Below, one piece after another: positions 26,096 through 35,375 of a stretch of DNA of 59,138 nucleotides. Within the stretch, counting starts at the first letter, position 1, and each line of letters begins with the position of its first letter. Under the pieces are notes generated by a model, which did not search any database, was not told where the DNA came from, and was given only the letters and a program-made list of their open reading frames with translations. The position numbers were made by a program, and so were the translations under genes. This DNA comes from a virus (taxonomy: Duplodnaviria; Caudoviricetes), in the IMG/VR virus record IMGVR_UViG_3300006120_000023, positions 1 to 59,138 of that record; one strand, written 5' to 3'.

Positions 26096-27295
26096 ATGGA
26101 AACAGCACACGCAAAATACGGTCCGTCGGGAGCCAAGTCTCGGGACATCTGCCCCGCACACAAAGGCAACCCCGGCAGCTCCGAGGCCAGCGAGCAAGGC
26201 GACCGCCTGCACGCGGTCTGCGAGCACAACGGCGACGAGGACGCCGCGGCAAAATCCTACGAAAAGGCCAAGGGGAAGAACTGGATCCCACTGACCGAGG
26301 AGGAGTGGGAGTGGGTGAACTCCGCCCTCAGCTACGTCCGGGGCATCTTGTCCAACGCGGAAATCACCGAGCACAAGATTAACCTGACCTCGCTTGGGTT
26401 TGCCGGCATGGACTTTGGTACCGCTGACCGAATCAGCCTGCGGGGCACCAACCTTGACATGGTCGATTACAAGTTCGGCTGGGGTGCCATCGACGACGTC
26501 GAGAAAAATTTCCAGTTCATCATCTACGCCCTTGGGCTCTTCAGCGAGTTTAACGAGGTGGAGGCTATCACGGTCCACATGGTGCAACCGAAGCTCAACG
26601 TGGTTGATTGTCACACGTGGACCCGGGACGAGGTTCCCCGGCTGCACGCCATCATCAAAGCCAGCCACGACCGCGTCATCCAGTGGGAACAGACCAAGGA
26701 CGTCAGCCTGCTCAGCGTTGACCCCATCAACTGCGAACGCTGCCGGCACCAAGGCAACTGCCCCAAGTGGCACGAGCTAGGCATTGCAACCGCTAAGTCC
26801 GTCAACGAGCACAGCCTTACCAAGTACGAGGATCCCAAGAACCAACTGGTGCCGGGAATGATCCCCGACATCATCAATCAGACGTGGGACGTCGCCACCG
26901 CCGACCCCGTCCGCGTTGCCCAGTTCCTCGGCTGCATTCCGGCCTTCGAGGCATTCCTTTCCAAGTTTAAGAAGTTCGCCCTCGAGGTTAATAACCAAGT
27001 CGGCGAGTTACCCGGATTTTCAGTCGTATCAACGGCTGGGAAAAGTGAGCTGATCAGCCCCGTCGATGTCGTCAAGCTGGTGTCGGATAGATTCGACGTC
27101 ACGCCCAACGAGATCATCGGGACGATGAAGCCCTCATTGACTGAGCTCAAGACGCTGGTGTCCTCCAAGGCGCCGCGGGGAGACAAGGCAAAGCACGCGG
27201 AGGCGGTCGTAGAGGCCCTCTCCGACAGCGGCCTGATCCTCCGGCAGGAAGGCGGCAGCTATCTCAAGCGAAAGTCAGTACCAAAAGCAAAGTAG
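26096..27295 (+). CDS. Cas4-like PD-(D/E)xK exonuclease (DUF2800-like)
   Basis: HAKYGPS...CP, GDRLHAVCE, FGTAD, DYKFG, QFIIYALG and CERC..Q.NCP Fe-S-type cysteines; start ATG 26096. Confidence 0.85.
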   Translation: METAHAKYGPSGAKSRDICPAHKGNPGSSEASEQGDRLHAVCEHNGDEDAAAKSYEKAKGKNWIPLTEEEWEWVNSALSYVRGILSNAEITEHKINLTSLGFAGMDFGTADRISLRGTNLDMVDYKFGWGAIDDVEKNFQFIIYALGLFSEFNEVEAITVHMVQPKLNVVDCHTWTRDEVPRLHAIIKASHDRVIQWEQTKDVSLLSVDPINCERCRHQGNCPKWHELGIATAKSVNEHSLTKYEDPKNQLVPGMIPDIINQTWDVATADPVRVAQFLGCIPAFEAFLSKFKKFALEVNNQVGELPGFSVVSTAGKSELISPVDVVKLVSDRFDVTPNEIIGTMKPSLTELKTLVSSKAPRGDKAKHAEAVVEALSDSGLILRQEGGSYLKRKSVPKAK

Positions 27296-27329
27296 CAACA
27301 ACCAAACAACCAAACACGTAATTAGCAAT

Positions 27330-28268
27330 ATGGCACGTACAGAACTGAAACCGCTCGGCAAGCCGAGCACCGTCGCAGCCTCCACTGAGGCCGCTCCCGC
27401 ACCCCGCAAGTTGGGGGAAAACAAGCCCGTGGCGAAGGTCGGCCTTCAGCCCTTGGGATCACCCCTGAAGAAAGCTCCCGAGCCCCTTGTGGAAGCTGAG
27501 ATCATTGTCAATGACATCGAGGCCGTTACCGAAGCCGGTGAAACGATTCAGGTAGCCGAGGCAATTATTCCTGCCGGCACTGAGCTCGTCATCCGTGAGG
27601 AAGCCCCTCTGGCCGTCGTTTCGGCAGCTGCACCCGCTTTCGTGCTGGGTCAGGTGACGGGACCCATCGACCAGTCCGACATCTACCGCCCACGCCTCGA
27701 GCTCTCACAGTCCGTGGGACCACTCATGGACGCCGGCTTTGCCCCCGGTCAGATCGTTCTGGCCAAGGAGCACGCCATCTGGGCTGACGGGTACGACCCC
27801 CTCAAGATCACCCTGCTGGCCTCGCGCAAGCAGTTCATCGAGGACGTGCCATACGGCAGCGGTCAGGAGCAGCGCATCTTCAACTCCCCAGTTGAAGTCA
27901 AGGCCGCGGGTCTTTGGACCGAGTGGCACGACCAGACCCCGCCTCCGGTCTTCCCACGTCTGACGTGTGTGGCTCTCATCGAGAAGCCCGACTTCGTCGA
28001 GGCCACGGAAGCCTTCGGCATCGAGCTGCTTGGCAACCTCTACGCGATCGCTGAGATCCGCTGGGACGGTGCCGCCTACAGCCGCGCTGCCAAGACGGTC
28101 CTGACGGCTGCCTCAGGGATCCTCGGAAAGGGTCTCCACCGCGGCGTCTGGAACTACTCCTGCGAGCGTGCCAAGCTCAAGGTCAACACCGTGACGGTTC
28201 CCGTCATCAAGTTCGCCGGCTTCCACACCGACGAGTTTGTGAAGGCCGTGAGCGACCTCGCTTGGTAA
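27330..28268 (+). CDS. putative ssDNA-binding/annealing protein
   Basis: Sits between the Cas4-like nuclease and PolA; DIYRPRLELSQ motif; strongly biased codons. Function inferred from synteny. Confidence 0.45.
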   Translation: MARTELKPLGKPSTVAASTEAAPAPRKLGENKPVAKVGLQPLGSPLKKAPEPLVEAEIIVNDIEAVTEAGETIQVAEAIIPAGTELVIREEAPLAVVSAAAPAFVLGQVTGPIDQSDIYRPRLELSQSVGPLMDAGFAPGQIVLAKEHAIWADGYDPLKITLLASRKQFIEDVPYGSGQEQRIFNSPVEVKAAGLWTEWHDQTPPPVFPRLTCVALIEKPDFVEATEAFGIELLGNLYAIAEIRWDGAAYSRAAKTVLTAASGILGKGLHRGVWNYSCERAKLKVNTVTVPVIKFAGFHTDEFVKAVSDLAW

Positions 28269-28269
28269 C

Positions 28270-28812
28270 ATGAACGTCACCCTCACACACCTGACTGCGG
28301 TGCGTGGAGAGGTGAGAGGCTATTGGGAGTGCCGGGTCCTATCCCCGGCGCTCCTCTGGGCCTTTCCCGCCCTTACGCGAGCCCGCTGCCAGATCGACTA
28401 TACCCACGAGTCCCTTGAGATCAACAGGCCCTCATTTTGGCCCGCTGCCGTCAAGGACGCTCCCCTCGACATCGAGATGCCCACGCATTCCGACCACCCG
28501 GGGCTGCGTAGCCTACGAGACGAGGCCGACCGGTGCTGGGACATGGCCTTCGAGCAAATGCAGGATCGGGGTGAATGGCTCCGTCTCATGGGCGCGGCTC
28601 CCTGCATGGCAAGTACCCTTCTCCTGCCCTTTCAGGAGATTGAATTTGTTCTCCGATTCGAGAACACCGAACAGAAATTTGAAGAACTATTGAACGAACT
28701 TTGTAACCAAAACGGATACCCGGAAACTCGACTACTAGGCTACTCGCTATGCAATCAGACAATCTATCAACCCAAAAACCCTGCGCCCGAGTGGGTGCTC
28801 AAACTTCTGTAA
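28270..28812 (+). CDS. hypothetical protein, possibly a degenerate ThyX-fold homologue
   Basis: W..A....G..P.MASTLLLPFQ and YPETRLLG echo phage ThyX KQ..NRLLEPF and AQPEI..LA; the catalytic RHRx7S motif is absent. Confidence 0.4.
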   Translation: MNVTLTHLTAVRGEVRGYWECRVLSPALLWAFPALTRARCQIDYTHESLEINRPSFWPAAVKDAPLDIEMPTHSDHPGLRSLRDEADRCWDMAFEQMQDRGEWLRLMGAAPCMASTLLLPFQEIEFVLRFENTEQKFEELLNELCNQNGYPETRLLGYSLCNQTIYQPKNPAPEWVLKLL

Positions 28813-30575
28813 AATATGCTGCCATTGATTTTGAAACTACTTACCACAAGGGCCAAGTTGACATTGGTTCGCTTGGCGTATGGCATTACCTACGCCATCC
28901 TCGCTGCACCATTTACATGGTCTCTGTTTTTACGGAAGACGGAACTTTTGTGGGTCACCCTGCAGATTTCGATTTTGAAAGCATTCGTGATTGCGAGTGG
29001 ATTTCCCACAATGCAGCTTTCGATCAAGAAGTCTACATCCGGCTTCAAGAACTTGGGCTAGCCCCAGACTGGATTCCGCGCAGGTGGCATTGCAGCGCCA
29101 ACATGACGGCGTTCTTCGGCGCCAGCGACCGTAATCTCGCTGACGCTGCCCGCGTCCACTTGGGTCTTGACCTGAGCAAGGATGTGCGCGACGCCATGAA
29201 CAAGAAGACGTGGGACGACATCCGCAAGGACGAAAATTTCCACGAGGAGGTCAAGCAGTATGCCCTCCGGGATGCCGAGGTTTGCTACCAGCTTTGGATG
29301 GCCAAGAAAGACGAGTGGCCGGCCCGGGAGCAGGAACTAAGTGCCCTCACCATGCACCAAGTCCGCCGCGGCCTCCCGTGTGATCAGGAGTACCTCGACG
29401 CCTCGATCAAGAACCTGTCCGTCGCTGCGTTTATGGCCGTGCACCGGCTGCCTTGGGCGGAGGGGGACGAAGAGAAGGCACTGTCTGACATCCTGTTTGC
29501 CGCCGAATGTCGCAAGCTGGGTATTCAGCCCCCACGGAGCAAGGCCAAGGGGAGCGTTGAGGCATTGGACTGGGAGGAACAGCACCCGCACATCAACTGG
29601 ATTGCCGACCGCCGCACCTACCTGCGGGCAAATCTGCTGAGGACGAAGCTCATGACCATGAAGGACAGGATCCGTGACGACGGCAGGATTCACTTTGGGG
29701 TCAAGTATTTTGGTGCCCACACGGGCCGCTGGAGCGGGGACACCAAGCTCAACGTGCAGGGCCTCACCAAGGAGACCCTCCACGGAGCCAATCAGCGCCG
29801 GGTAATCTGCGTGCAGGATCCCTCCAAGAAGCTGATCATCGCTGACCTGAGCCAGATCGAGCCGCGGGTGCTCGCTTGGGTCGTCGGTAATTGGTCGTTT
29901 CTTGAAGAGTGCCGCAGGTATTCCATCTACGAGGTCCATGCCCGGGAGACCCTTGGCTGGACTGGAGGAAAACTAAAGACCGAGGATCCTGCCCTCTACG
30001 CCCTCGCCAAGGCCCGCATTCTGGGGCTTGGGTATGGTGCTGGGGCCACGACTTTTAGGGAATACGCCAAGACAGCCCACGGGGTTATCCTGACGCCGCA
30101 GGAGTCCAAGAAAGCGGTGAACGATTTTCGGTCGAAGGAATCCGGAATTGTTGATCTTTGGAACACGCTCGATGACGATCTCAAGCTTTCAGCTCGTCGT
30201 GAAGAGGACTATGTGGTCAATCTTCCGTCAGGGCGGGATCTTGTCTACCGGGAGTGCCACTACGCCAAGACCTCGACCGGCAAAACCAACGTAAAAGCCC
30301 GCATGGGAGGCGGACGCTGGGGCTTCACGTGGGGCTCCAAGATTGCCGAGAACGTCATTCAGGCGATTGCCCGGGACGTCTTCTGCGAGTGCCTTTTAAG
30401 ACTTGAAGCCGCCGGCCTAACGAGTATCTTCACCGTCCACGACGAGGTCATCCTCGAAGTAGATAAATCTGTTACCACACAAGAAGTTCAAGACATCATA
30501 AAAATAAATCCTGATTGGATGCCCGACGTACCGCTTGATAGCGAGGCAGAAGAGTCCGATTACTATAAAAAATAA
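28749..30575 (+). CDS. polA: family A DNA polymerase with 3'-5' exonuclease
   Basis: ExoI IDFET, ExoII HNAAFD, ExoIII YALRD; HTGRWSG; motif A ADLSQIEPR, motif B KARILGLGYG, motif C VHDEV. Confidence 0.95.
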   Translation: MQSDNLSTQKPCARVGAQTSVKYAAIDFETTYHKGQVDIGSLGVWHYLRHPRCTIYMVSVFTEDGTFVGHPADFDFESIRDCEWISHNAAFDQEVYIRLQELGLAPDWIPRRWHCSANMTAFFGASDRNLADAARVHLGLDLSKDVRDAMNKKTWDDIRKDENFHEEVKQYALRDAEVCYQLWMAKKDEWPAREQELSALTMHQVRRGLPCDQEYLDASIKNLSVAAFMAVHRLPWAEGDEEKALSDILFAAECRKLGIQPPRSKAKGSVEALDWEEQHPHINWIADRRTYLRANLLRTKLMTMKDRIRDDGRIHFGVKYFGAHTGRWSGDTKLNVQGLTKETLHGANQRRVICVQDPSKKLIIADLSQIEPRVLAWVVGNWSFLEECRRYSIYEVHARETLGWTGGKLKTEDPALYALAKARILGLGYGAGATTFREYAKTAHGVILTPQESKKAVNDFRSKESGIVDLWNTLDDDLKLSARREEDYVVNLPSGRDLVYRECHYAKTSTGKTNVKARMGGGRWGFTWGSKIAENVIQAIARDVFCECLLRLEAAGLTSIFTVHDEVILEVDKSVTTQEVQDIIKINPDWMPDVPLDSEAEESDYYKK

Positions 30576-30579
30576 ACAA

Positions 30580-30750
30580 ATGAAATTTGAGATAGACGGC
30601 TACAAAATATCTTACGGGGATACTCTTGATACCCTGAATATATCAACTCCTGACGGAAAAACCGTATACATGATGGCTCCTGAGATTTGGGTAAGAGCGA
30701 TGGAGAAATATATGTCCACGCAGCCCACTCAAATTTTCCACGATAAATAA
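30580..30750 (+). CDS. hypothetical small protein
   Basis: Start MKFEIDGYK; AT-rich; shares the TAAACAAATG leader with the next gene. Confidence 0.5.
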   Translation: MKFEIDGYKISYGDTLDTLNISTPDGKTVYMMAPEIWVRAMEKYMSTQPTQIFHDK

Positions 30751-30754
30751 ACAA

Positions 30755-32866
30755 ATGAACGCAGTATTTTTCCCCTGCCTAAAAAATCTAGCCCAGACCG
30801 ACACCCATGAAGCATGCCCTTGGGAGTTCCAAGCAAACCCCTTCCCGACCGACAACGCCAACGCCTACAAGTCTTGGAGAAAACAGCCGACTACCGAGCA
30901 TTTGTTCTACAGCGGAATCGTCGGGCAGGCGTCCACTATTAGGGTCTCTGAGAATAATCCACCCTTTGAAATTCGTGCCCTCATCGCCGACTACGACTCG
31001 CAGGTCCTAGACGAAGAAATCGACACCGGGCTGGCAAGGATAGAAAAATACTACCCTCCGACGTTCATCCACAGGACGCCTCTGTCAGGGGGCGTGCGCC
31101 TGATCTGGATGCTAGAGCGCCCGCTGCTGGTCCCCAGCTACGACGTCGCCAAGCGATTCCTGAAGGCCGCGATGAAGTATACCCACGCCAAGGTTGCCTA
31201 CCCCAATCTTGACGAGCCGGCCTTTGAGAACCCCAACCTTTATTACGACGTGGGCCATAGCTGGCAGAAGGCCGGCGGGGATTTTATTCCGTGGGTCGAG
31301 GCCTGCGGCTGGCTGGTCAAGGTCTCCGAGAAGGCCAAGTGGACTGGAGACGTCATACCCCTTGAAACGCTCGCTGCAGAGGTAGCCGACCGATTCCCGG
31401 GACGCTGGCAGGGGGAGTTTGTCGAGGGTGCCCGCGGGTGCCGGTTCTGGGACCCAACAGGCGACAATCCGACCGCTGCGATTGTGCGCCCGACCGGCAT
31501 GCAGTGCTTCACCGGCCTCGAGCCCTTCGTCCCTTGGTCCGCAATCTTTGGCCGCGGGTTTGTCGAGAAACTCAGTGCACGCAAGCTAGGCGAGATGCTG
31601 GACGGCATCTATTACGACGGCGACAACTACTGGATCCAGACCCCGTCCGGTAAATGGGAGCCGCACGCCGAGCGGGAAATCTCACGGCACCTGAAGGTCC
31701 ACAACGGCCTGTCTGCAGACCGCATAGAAGGCAAGACCTTCAGCGAAGTGGACGAGGCCCTGCACATCATTGGCCAAACCTGCAGGGTCGGGGGAGCCGC
31801 ACCCTTCATCTTTCAGCCCACCGGCCCCATTGACTTCATGGGGGAGCGGATCCTCAATATCTGCAACGTCAAGGTGACGCAGGCCGCGGAAGAGGCCGGC
31901 GAGTGGGGAGAGAATTTCCCTTGGCTGGGCAAGTTTTTGACTGAGCTGTTTGACCCGGGAGACCAGCTCCAGTACATGCTTGCTTGGCTCAAGCGATTCT
32001 ATTGCAGTGCCCGTGAAGGCAAGCTGCTGCAGGGTCAGGCCGTGTTCCTTGCCGGAGATACCGGAAGAGGCAAGACCTTTTTCTCCAACCGGATTGTGGG
32101 CGCCCTTGTCGGAGGCCACGCCGACGCCTCGCAGTACCTGATGGGCAAAACCACGTTCAACAAGGACCTGTTCCACAAGCCATTCTGGACCGTTGACGAT
32201 GCCTTGCCGGGAGACAACAACCAAGACCACAAGGCGTTTGGGACCATGATCAAGCGGGTCACCGCAAACAACATGTTCGAGTTCCACGCCAAGTTCCGTG
32301 ACGCATGTCAGGTGGCTTGGAGTGGCCGCGTGATGGTGACCGGCAACCTTGACGCCGACTCGCTGCGTATCATTCCGGACCTCGACACCTCGATCCTCGA
32401 CAAGCTGCTCCTATTTAAGGCAGCCCCGCGGGTCTCACATTTCCCGGAAAAGCACGAGCTGGAAGGAATAGTCCGTCAGGAGCTGCCACATTTTGCCGCT
32501 TGGCTGATCTCCTACACGCCCCCTGATTACGTGATTGACAAGGATCCGCGGTACGGCGTCGCCCGCTATCACCACCCGTTCCTGAAGCAGGCTGCCGGCG
32601 ATTCCAACGATGCTTCCACCGTCCGTGAGCTCATTCAAATCTTCATGAAGGACCACCCCAAGGATTTCGAGGGCACCTCGGTCGAGCTCCTTCAGGTAAT
32701 GCTTGTGGACGACGGCATCAAGGCGGTTCTGGGCAATTCCAGCAACAACCGGGCTAGGTGGATGAGTATCCAGCTAGGAAAACTTGAGGCAAAGGGGGAC
32801 GGATTTGTCGAGACCGTCGGCTACCGCAACCGGAACAAGATCTGGAAAATCAGGAAATCCGTTTAG
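30755..32866 (+). CDS. primase-helicase (AEP-like N-terminus plus SF3/DUF5906-type NTPase)
   Basis: LIADYDS and RTPLSGGVRLIW primase-like motifs; FLAGDTGRGKT Walker A, TVDD Walker B, VTGN motif C. Confidence 0.8.
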   Translation: MNAVFFPCLKNLAQTDTHEACPWEFQANPFPTDNANAYKSWRKQPTTEHLFYSGIVGQASTIRVSENNPPFEIRALIADYDSQVLDEEIDTGLARIEKYYPPTFIHRTPLSGGVRLIWMLERPLLVPSYDVAKRFLKAAMKYTHAKVAYPNLDEPAFENPNLYYDVGHSWQKAGGDFIPWVEACGWLVKVSEKAKWTGDVIPLETLAAEVADRFPGRWQGEFVEGARGCRFWDPTGDNPTAAIVRPTGMQCFTGLEPFVPWSAIFGRGFVEKLSARKLGEMLDGIYYDGDNYWIQTPSGKWEPHAEREISRHLKVHNGLSADRIEGKTFSEVDEALHIIGQTCRVGGAAPFIFQPTGPIDFMGERILNICNVKVTQAAEEAGEWGENFPWLGKFLTELFDPGDQLQYMLAWLKRFYCSAREGKLLQGQAVFLAGDTGRGKTFFSNRIVGALVGGHADASQYLMGKTTFNKDLFHKPFWTVDDALPGDNNQDHKAFGTMIKRVTANNMFEFHAKFRDACQVAWSGRVMVTGNLDADSLRIIPDLDTSILDKLLLFKAAPRVSHFPEKHELEGIVRQELPHFAAWLISYTPPDYVIDKDPRYGVARYHHPFLKQAAGDSNDASTVRELIQIFMKDHPKDFEGTSVELLQVMLVDDGIKAVLGNSSNNRARWMSIQLGKLEAKGDGFVETVGYRNRNKIWKIRKSV

Positions 32867-33183
32867 GACGCACTTGACCCAGCGTGATCAAGATTCAAGT
32901 AATTAACCCCTGCAGGGTAATGGTTAGCGGCCCTTGACAGATAGGAGGCAAGGTCAACCAAAAGCCGGGCGTACTTGGCATAGCCACGTTCAATACGCCC
33001 AAGCTCGTCAGTATAAAAACAATACTTCTTGGCAAGCGTGTCCTTGTAAATCTGGTATCCACTGACAACTGAGTAGGGTTGCAAAATTTGTTTTTGCAAG
33101 CGGTACTGGGTGTCAGGAGAGAAAAAAGAATCGTGGCGATAACGCATGGCCCAAATGTAGGACAACCGGTGAGGATACGTCAA
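32863..33183 (-). CDS. possible hypothetical protein
   Basis: Fills the convergence gap exactly and starts right after the upstream stop; no recognisable motifs. Confidence 0.3.
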   Translation of the reverse strand: MTYPHRLSYIWAMRYRHDSFFSPDTQYRLQKQILQPYSVVSGYQIYKDTLAKKYCFYTDELGRIERGYAKYARLLVDLASYLSRAANHYPAGVNYLNLDHAGSSAS

Positions 33184-33876
33184 CTAGAAAAGTCGGGCTG
33201 ACCAAAGTTCCCGGGCATTCTCAATGTCCAGCGTGGGCTTTCCAATCCTCAGGTTGACCGCATTGTGCAGCTCGATACCCCACTCGAAGAAACGGTCCCA
33301 CTCGGGCGGGTTGTCGTTCAGGTACTCCTTTAGGTGCTGCTTGCAGGGGCAGTCGCCAAAGGGGATGGAGGCCAGCCAGTCATTCAACCACCCGGAAGAG
33401 TTCTTGTTTGTATGACGAAGTCCAAACAAGTGAAGTTCTGCCCAGTATCTGGGGCCGGCGGTCAGAATCTCGGGGGTCTCGGGCAAATCTGCATGGGACC
33501 GGTCAACCTCATTTGCCGCATTCTGTACCCACTCCTCATGGTCGTCCCAGTGCAACCTCATGGCCTCGGCAACCATCTTTTCAACCGACGTGGCCACCCG
33601 GTGCTGTTTGTAGTAGGGGGCCTTGGGATGGTCCCCGGGCTCTTCCAGCTCAGGATGTTCAATGTCCCACTTTGAAACCTCGGCTTCCAAGATTCCGTCT
33701 TTTTTGCAAAGCCAAGCTTCAACCATCTCGTGCAGAGCGACAAGAAAAGCGCTGTCGTTGCGGTTCCCATAATCAGGGACCGTGATCTTCAGGCTGCCGT
33801 CCGCCAACCACTCCCAGTCCCCACAGGTGCTATACCTTATGGCGTTAGGGTCGATCGCTTTTAGCTCAATCTGCAT
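33184..33876 (-). CDS. fusion of an HExxE metallo-domain and an Erv1/Alr-like sulfhydryl oxidase domain
   Basis: Start MQIELK at 33876. N-half: RYSTCGDW, VALHEMVE, EPGDHPKAPY..QHRVATSVE. C-half: GPRYWAELH...DCPCKQH...FFEWGIELHNAVNLRIGKP (Erv W/H and HNxVN signature). Confidence 0.75.
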   Translation of the reverse strand: MQIELKAIDPNAIRYSTCGDWEWLADGSLKITVPDYGNRNDSAFLVALHEMVEAWLCKKDGILEAEVSKWDIEHPELEEPGDHPKAPYYKQHRVATSVEKMVAEAMRLHWDDHEEWVQNAANEVDRSHADLPETPEILTAGPRYWAELHLFGLRHTNKNSSGWLNDWLASIPFGDCPCKQHLKEYLNDNPPEWDRFFEWGIELHNAVNLRIGKPTLDIENARELWSARLF

Positions 33877-35182
33877 CCTCTTCGTCAAACATATTGAGCC
33901 CGAGCTCTTCGAGTCGCTCGCACTCTTCTTTGATCGAGTCAATCGCAGACATTTTTGCTTCGAGGTAGTACCCAGTGACCTGCTCGGCATTCTCGACGGC
34001 GTCGTCAAGAGCTTCCTGCAAGGTATCTCCGAGGCCAATGACTGCCCCGACCTCGGGGAGACCGCAGGCCTGAGGGATGGCGTAGTAGATGCCGTCGATA
34101 CAGGTGGCGTTACGGAGCTTGACGCGGTCACGCAACTCTTCGGGGAAGCTTACAGGCTGCCAGCCCTTGTCTGCCCAGCTTGAGTGTAACATGATTTCCG
34201 CGCCGTACTTGGCGGTGGCCTCGGGCTCGACAACGATGCCGTTGGCCCCTGCCCAGACACACTCTGCAAGATTGCTGTACTGCTCTTGGTAGAGCTCGTT
34301 GGGAGGCGACGGGGCGCGGGCGCATAGGTCAATCATGTAGGGCTGCATATCTTTACCAACCCTGACCTCCGTGCTCATGAACCCGCGCCAGTTGTATGCG
34401 GCAAAAACCGGCTTCATCTTGGTGTTGAAGCGGGTGACAACTTCGGGGATCTCCTCGTACTTTTTGAAGATGGAGGCAAATCCGACGTCCTTGATCTCGA
34501 TCCCGGAAATCGTGTGCTCTGGGTAGTGTGCTTCGCCGGCGTCATCGGTGATGACCCAGCAATCGGTACCAACTTCCGCACAATCCGGTAGAGATTCCTC
34601 GACTGTAAATTCGATCACGTTTTTGAAGGCGCCGAGGTTGAACTCAACCTCATCTAGTTTGGGCTCAACTTCTTTGTAGTTGGCGCTGTGGAAGGTCTCG
34701 AAGGTGCCGCGGAACTTGTCGATCTTGACGTAGACGTCTTCGTTTTCCTTGAGGAAGGCCCTGAGGTTGGCCATTCCCTTAACGTGGGTGAACTTACCGA
34801 CAGGCATTTCCAGTGCCGTCAGAATTTCCTTCATTCCCTCACGCTTGAGTTCCAAGCACTCACCCGTGCGGGATCCCCAGACCTTCTTTCCCATCTTCTC
34901 GAGCATTTCCTGCTCGTGGCCAAAATAGATGTCGGGGAAAACAAAGAGATCGACCTCGTCAAAATGCGGCCCATAGATAGAATCCACGACCTCGATGCCC
35001 TCTAGGCCAGTGCCGATCATCCCAAGGTTCATCTTGGCAAAGGCGCTCTCCCAAGGAACGTAGTAGTACACTTTTTTGTACGTCTTCGCTAGCTTGATGG
35101 CGATCTCGACAAAGAGACCGTTGTCTACGACCAGAGCGACTACGTCGGACGGATCCTTAATTTGTGAAAGTTCTGTTGCCAT
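33866..35182 (-). CDS. PurD-like ATP-grasp ligase
   Basis: VWGS...LELKR...K, VYVK, FTVEE, EVGTD, WRGFMSTE, YMIDLCARAPSPP and C-terminal VGAVIGLGDTLQEA follow the GAR-synthetase-type layout. Confidence 0.8.
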   Translation of the reverse strand: MATELSQIKDPSDVVALVVDNGLFVEIAIKLAKTYKKVYYYVPWESAFAKMNLGMIGTGLEGIEVVDSIYGPHFDEVDLFVFPDIYFGHEQEMLEKMGKKVWGSRTGECLELKREGMKEILTALEMPVGKFTHVKGMANLRAFLKENEDVYVKIDKFRGTFETFHSANYKEVEPKLDEVEFNLGAFKNVIEFTVEESLPDCAEVGTDCWVITDDAGEAHYPEHTISGIEIKDVGFASIFKKYEEIPEVVTRFNTKMKPVFAAYNWRGFMSTEVRVGKDMQPYMIDLCARAPSPPNELYQEQYSNLAECVWAGANGIVVEPEATAKYGAEIMLHSSWADKGWQPVSFPEELRDRVKLRNATCIDGIYYAIPQACGLPEVGAVIGLGDTLQEALDDAVENAEQVTGYYLEAKMSAIDSIKEECERLEELGLNMFDEEDAD

Positions 35183-35334
35183 TATTTTTTCTTCCTCATT
35201 CCGTGCAGCATGCCGGCCTTGCGCTTCTGGGCATACGCAATGGCGACCGCTTGTTTCGGGGGTTTACCGGCAGCGATCTCAGTCTTTATGTTTGACTTGA
35301 AAGCTTCCTTCGACGTCGATGTTTTGAGAGGCAT
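35182..35334 (-). CDS. small basic phage protein (50 aa, below the ORF-track cutoff)
   Basis: [50 protein letters not shown], the widespread KQAVAIA family; TAATG-coupled to the ATP-grasp gene. Confidence 0.8.
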   Translation of the reverse strand: MPLKTSTSKEAFKSNIKTEIAAGKPPKQAVAIAYAQKRKAGMLHGMRKKK

Positions 35335-35341
35335 GGGCGGA

Positions 35342-35370
35342 AATGTAGGTTATTTTGCGTTGTGTGACAA
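35342..35370 (-). promoter_or_regulatory. sigma70-like promoter (probably leaderless) with ACAACGCAA box
   Basis: TTGTCA-17-TACATT ending 7 nt before ATG 35334. Confidence 0.6.
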
Positions 35371-35375
35371 GTGAT

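Noticed and set aside
28749-32866. Inteins or introns in polA, primase or terL
   Set aside because: Sizes and motif spacing are normal; no intein termini or frame breaks were seen.
33866-33960. ATP-grasp C-terminal KMSAIDSIKEE resembling the scaffold tag, and DDDFLKGLAEEG in the 55395 protein
   Set aside because: Only partial matches (missing the GL or the AI/SI element), so not counted as tag copies.
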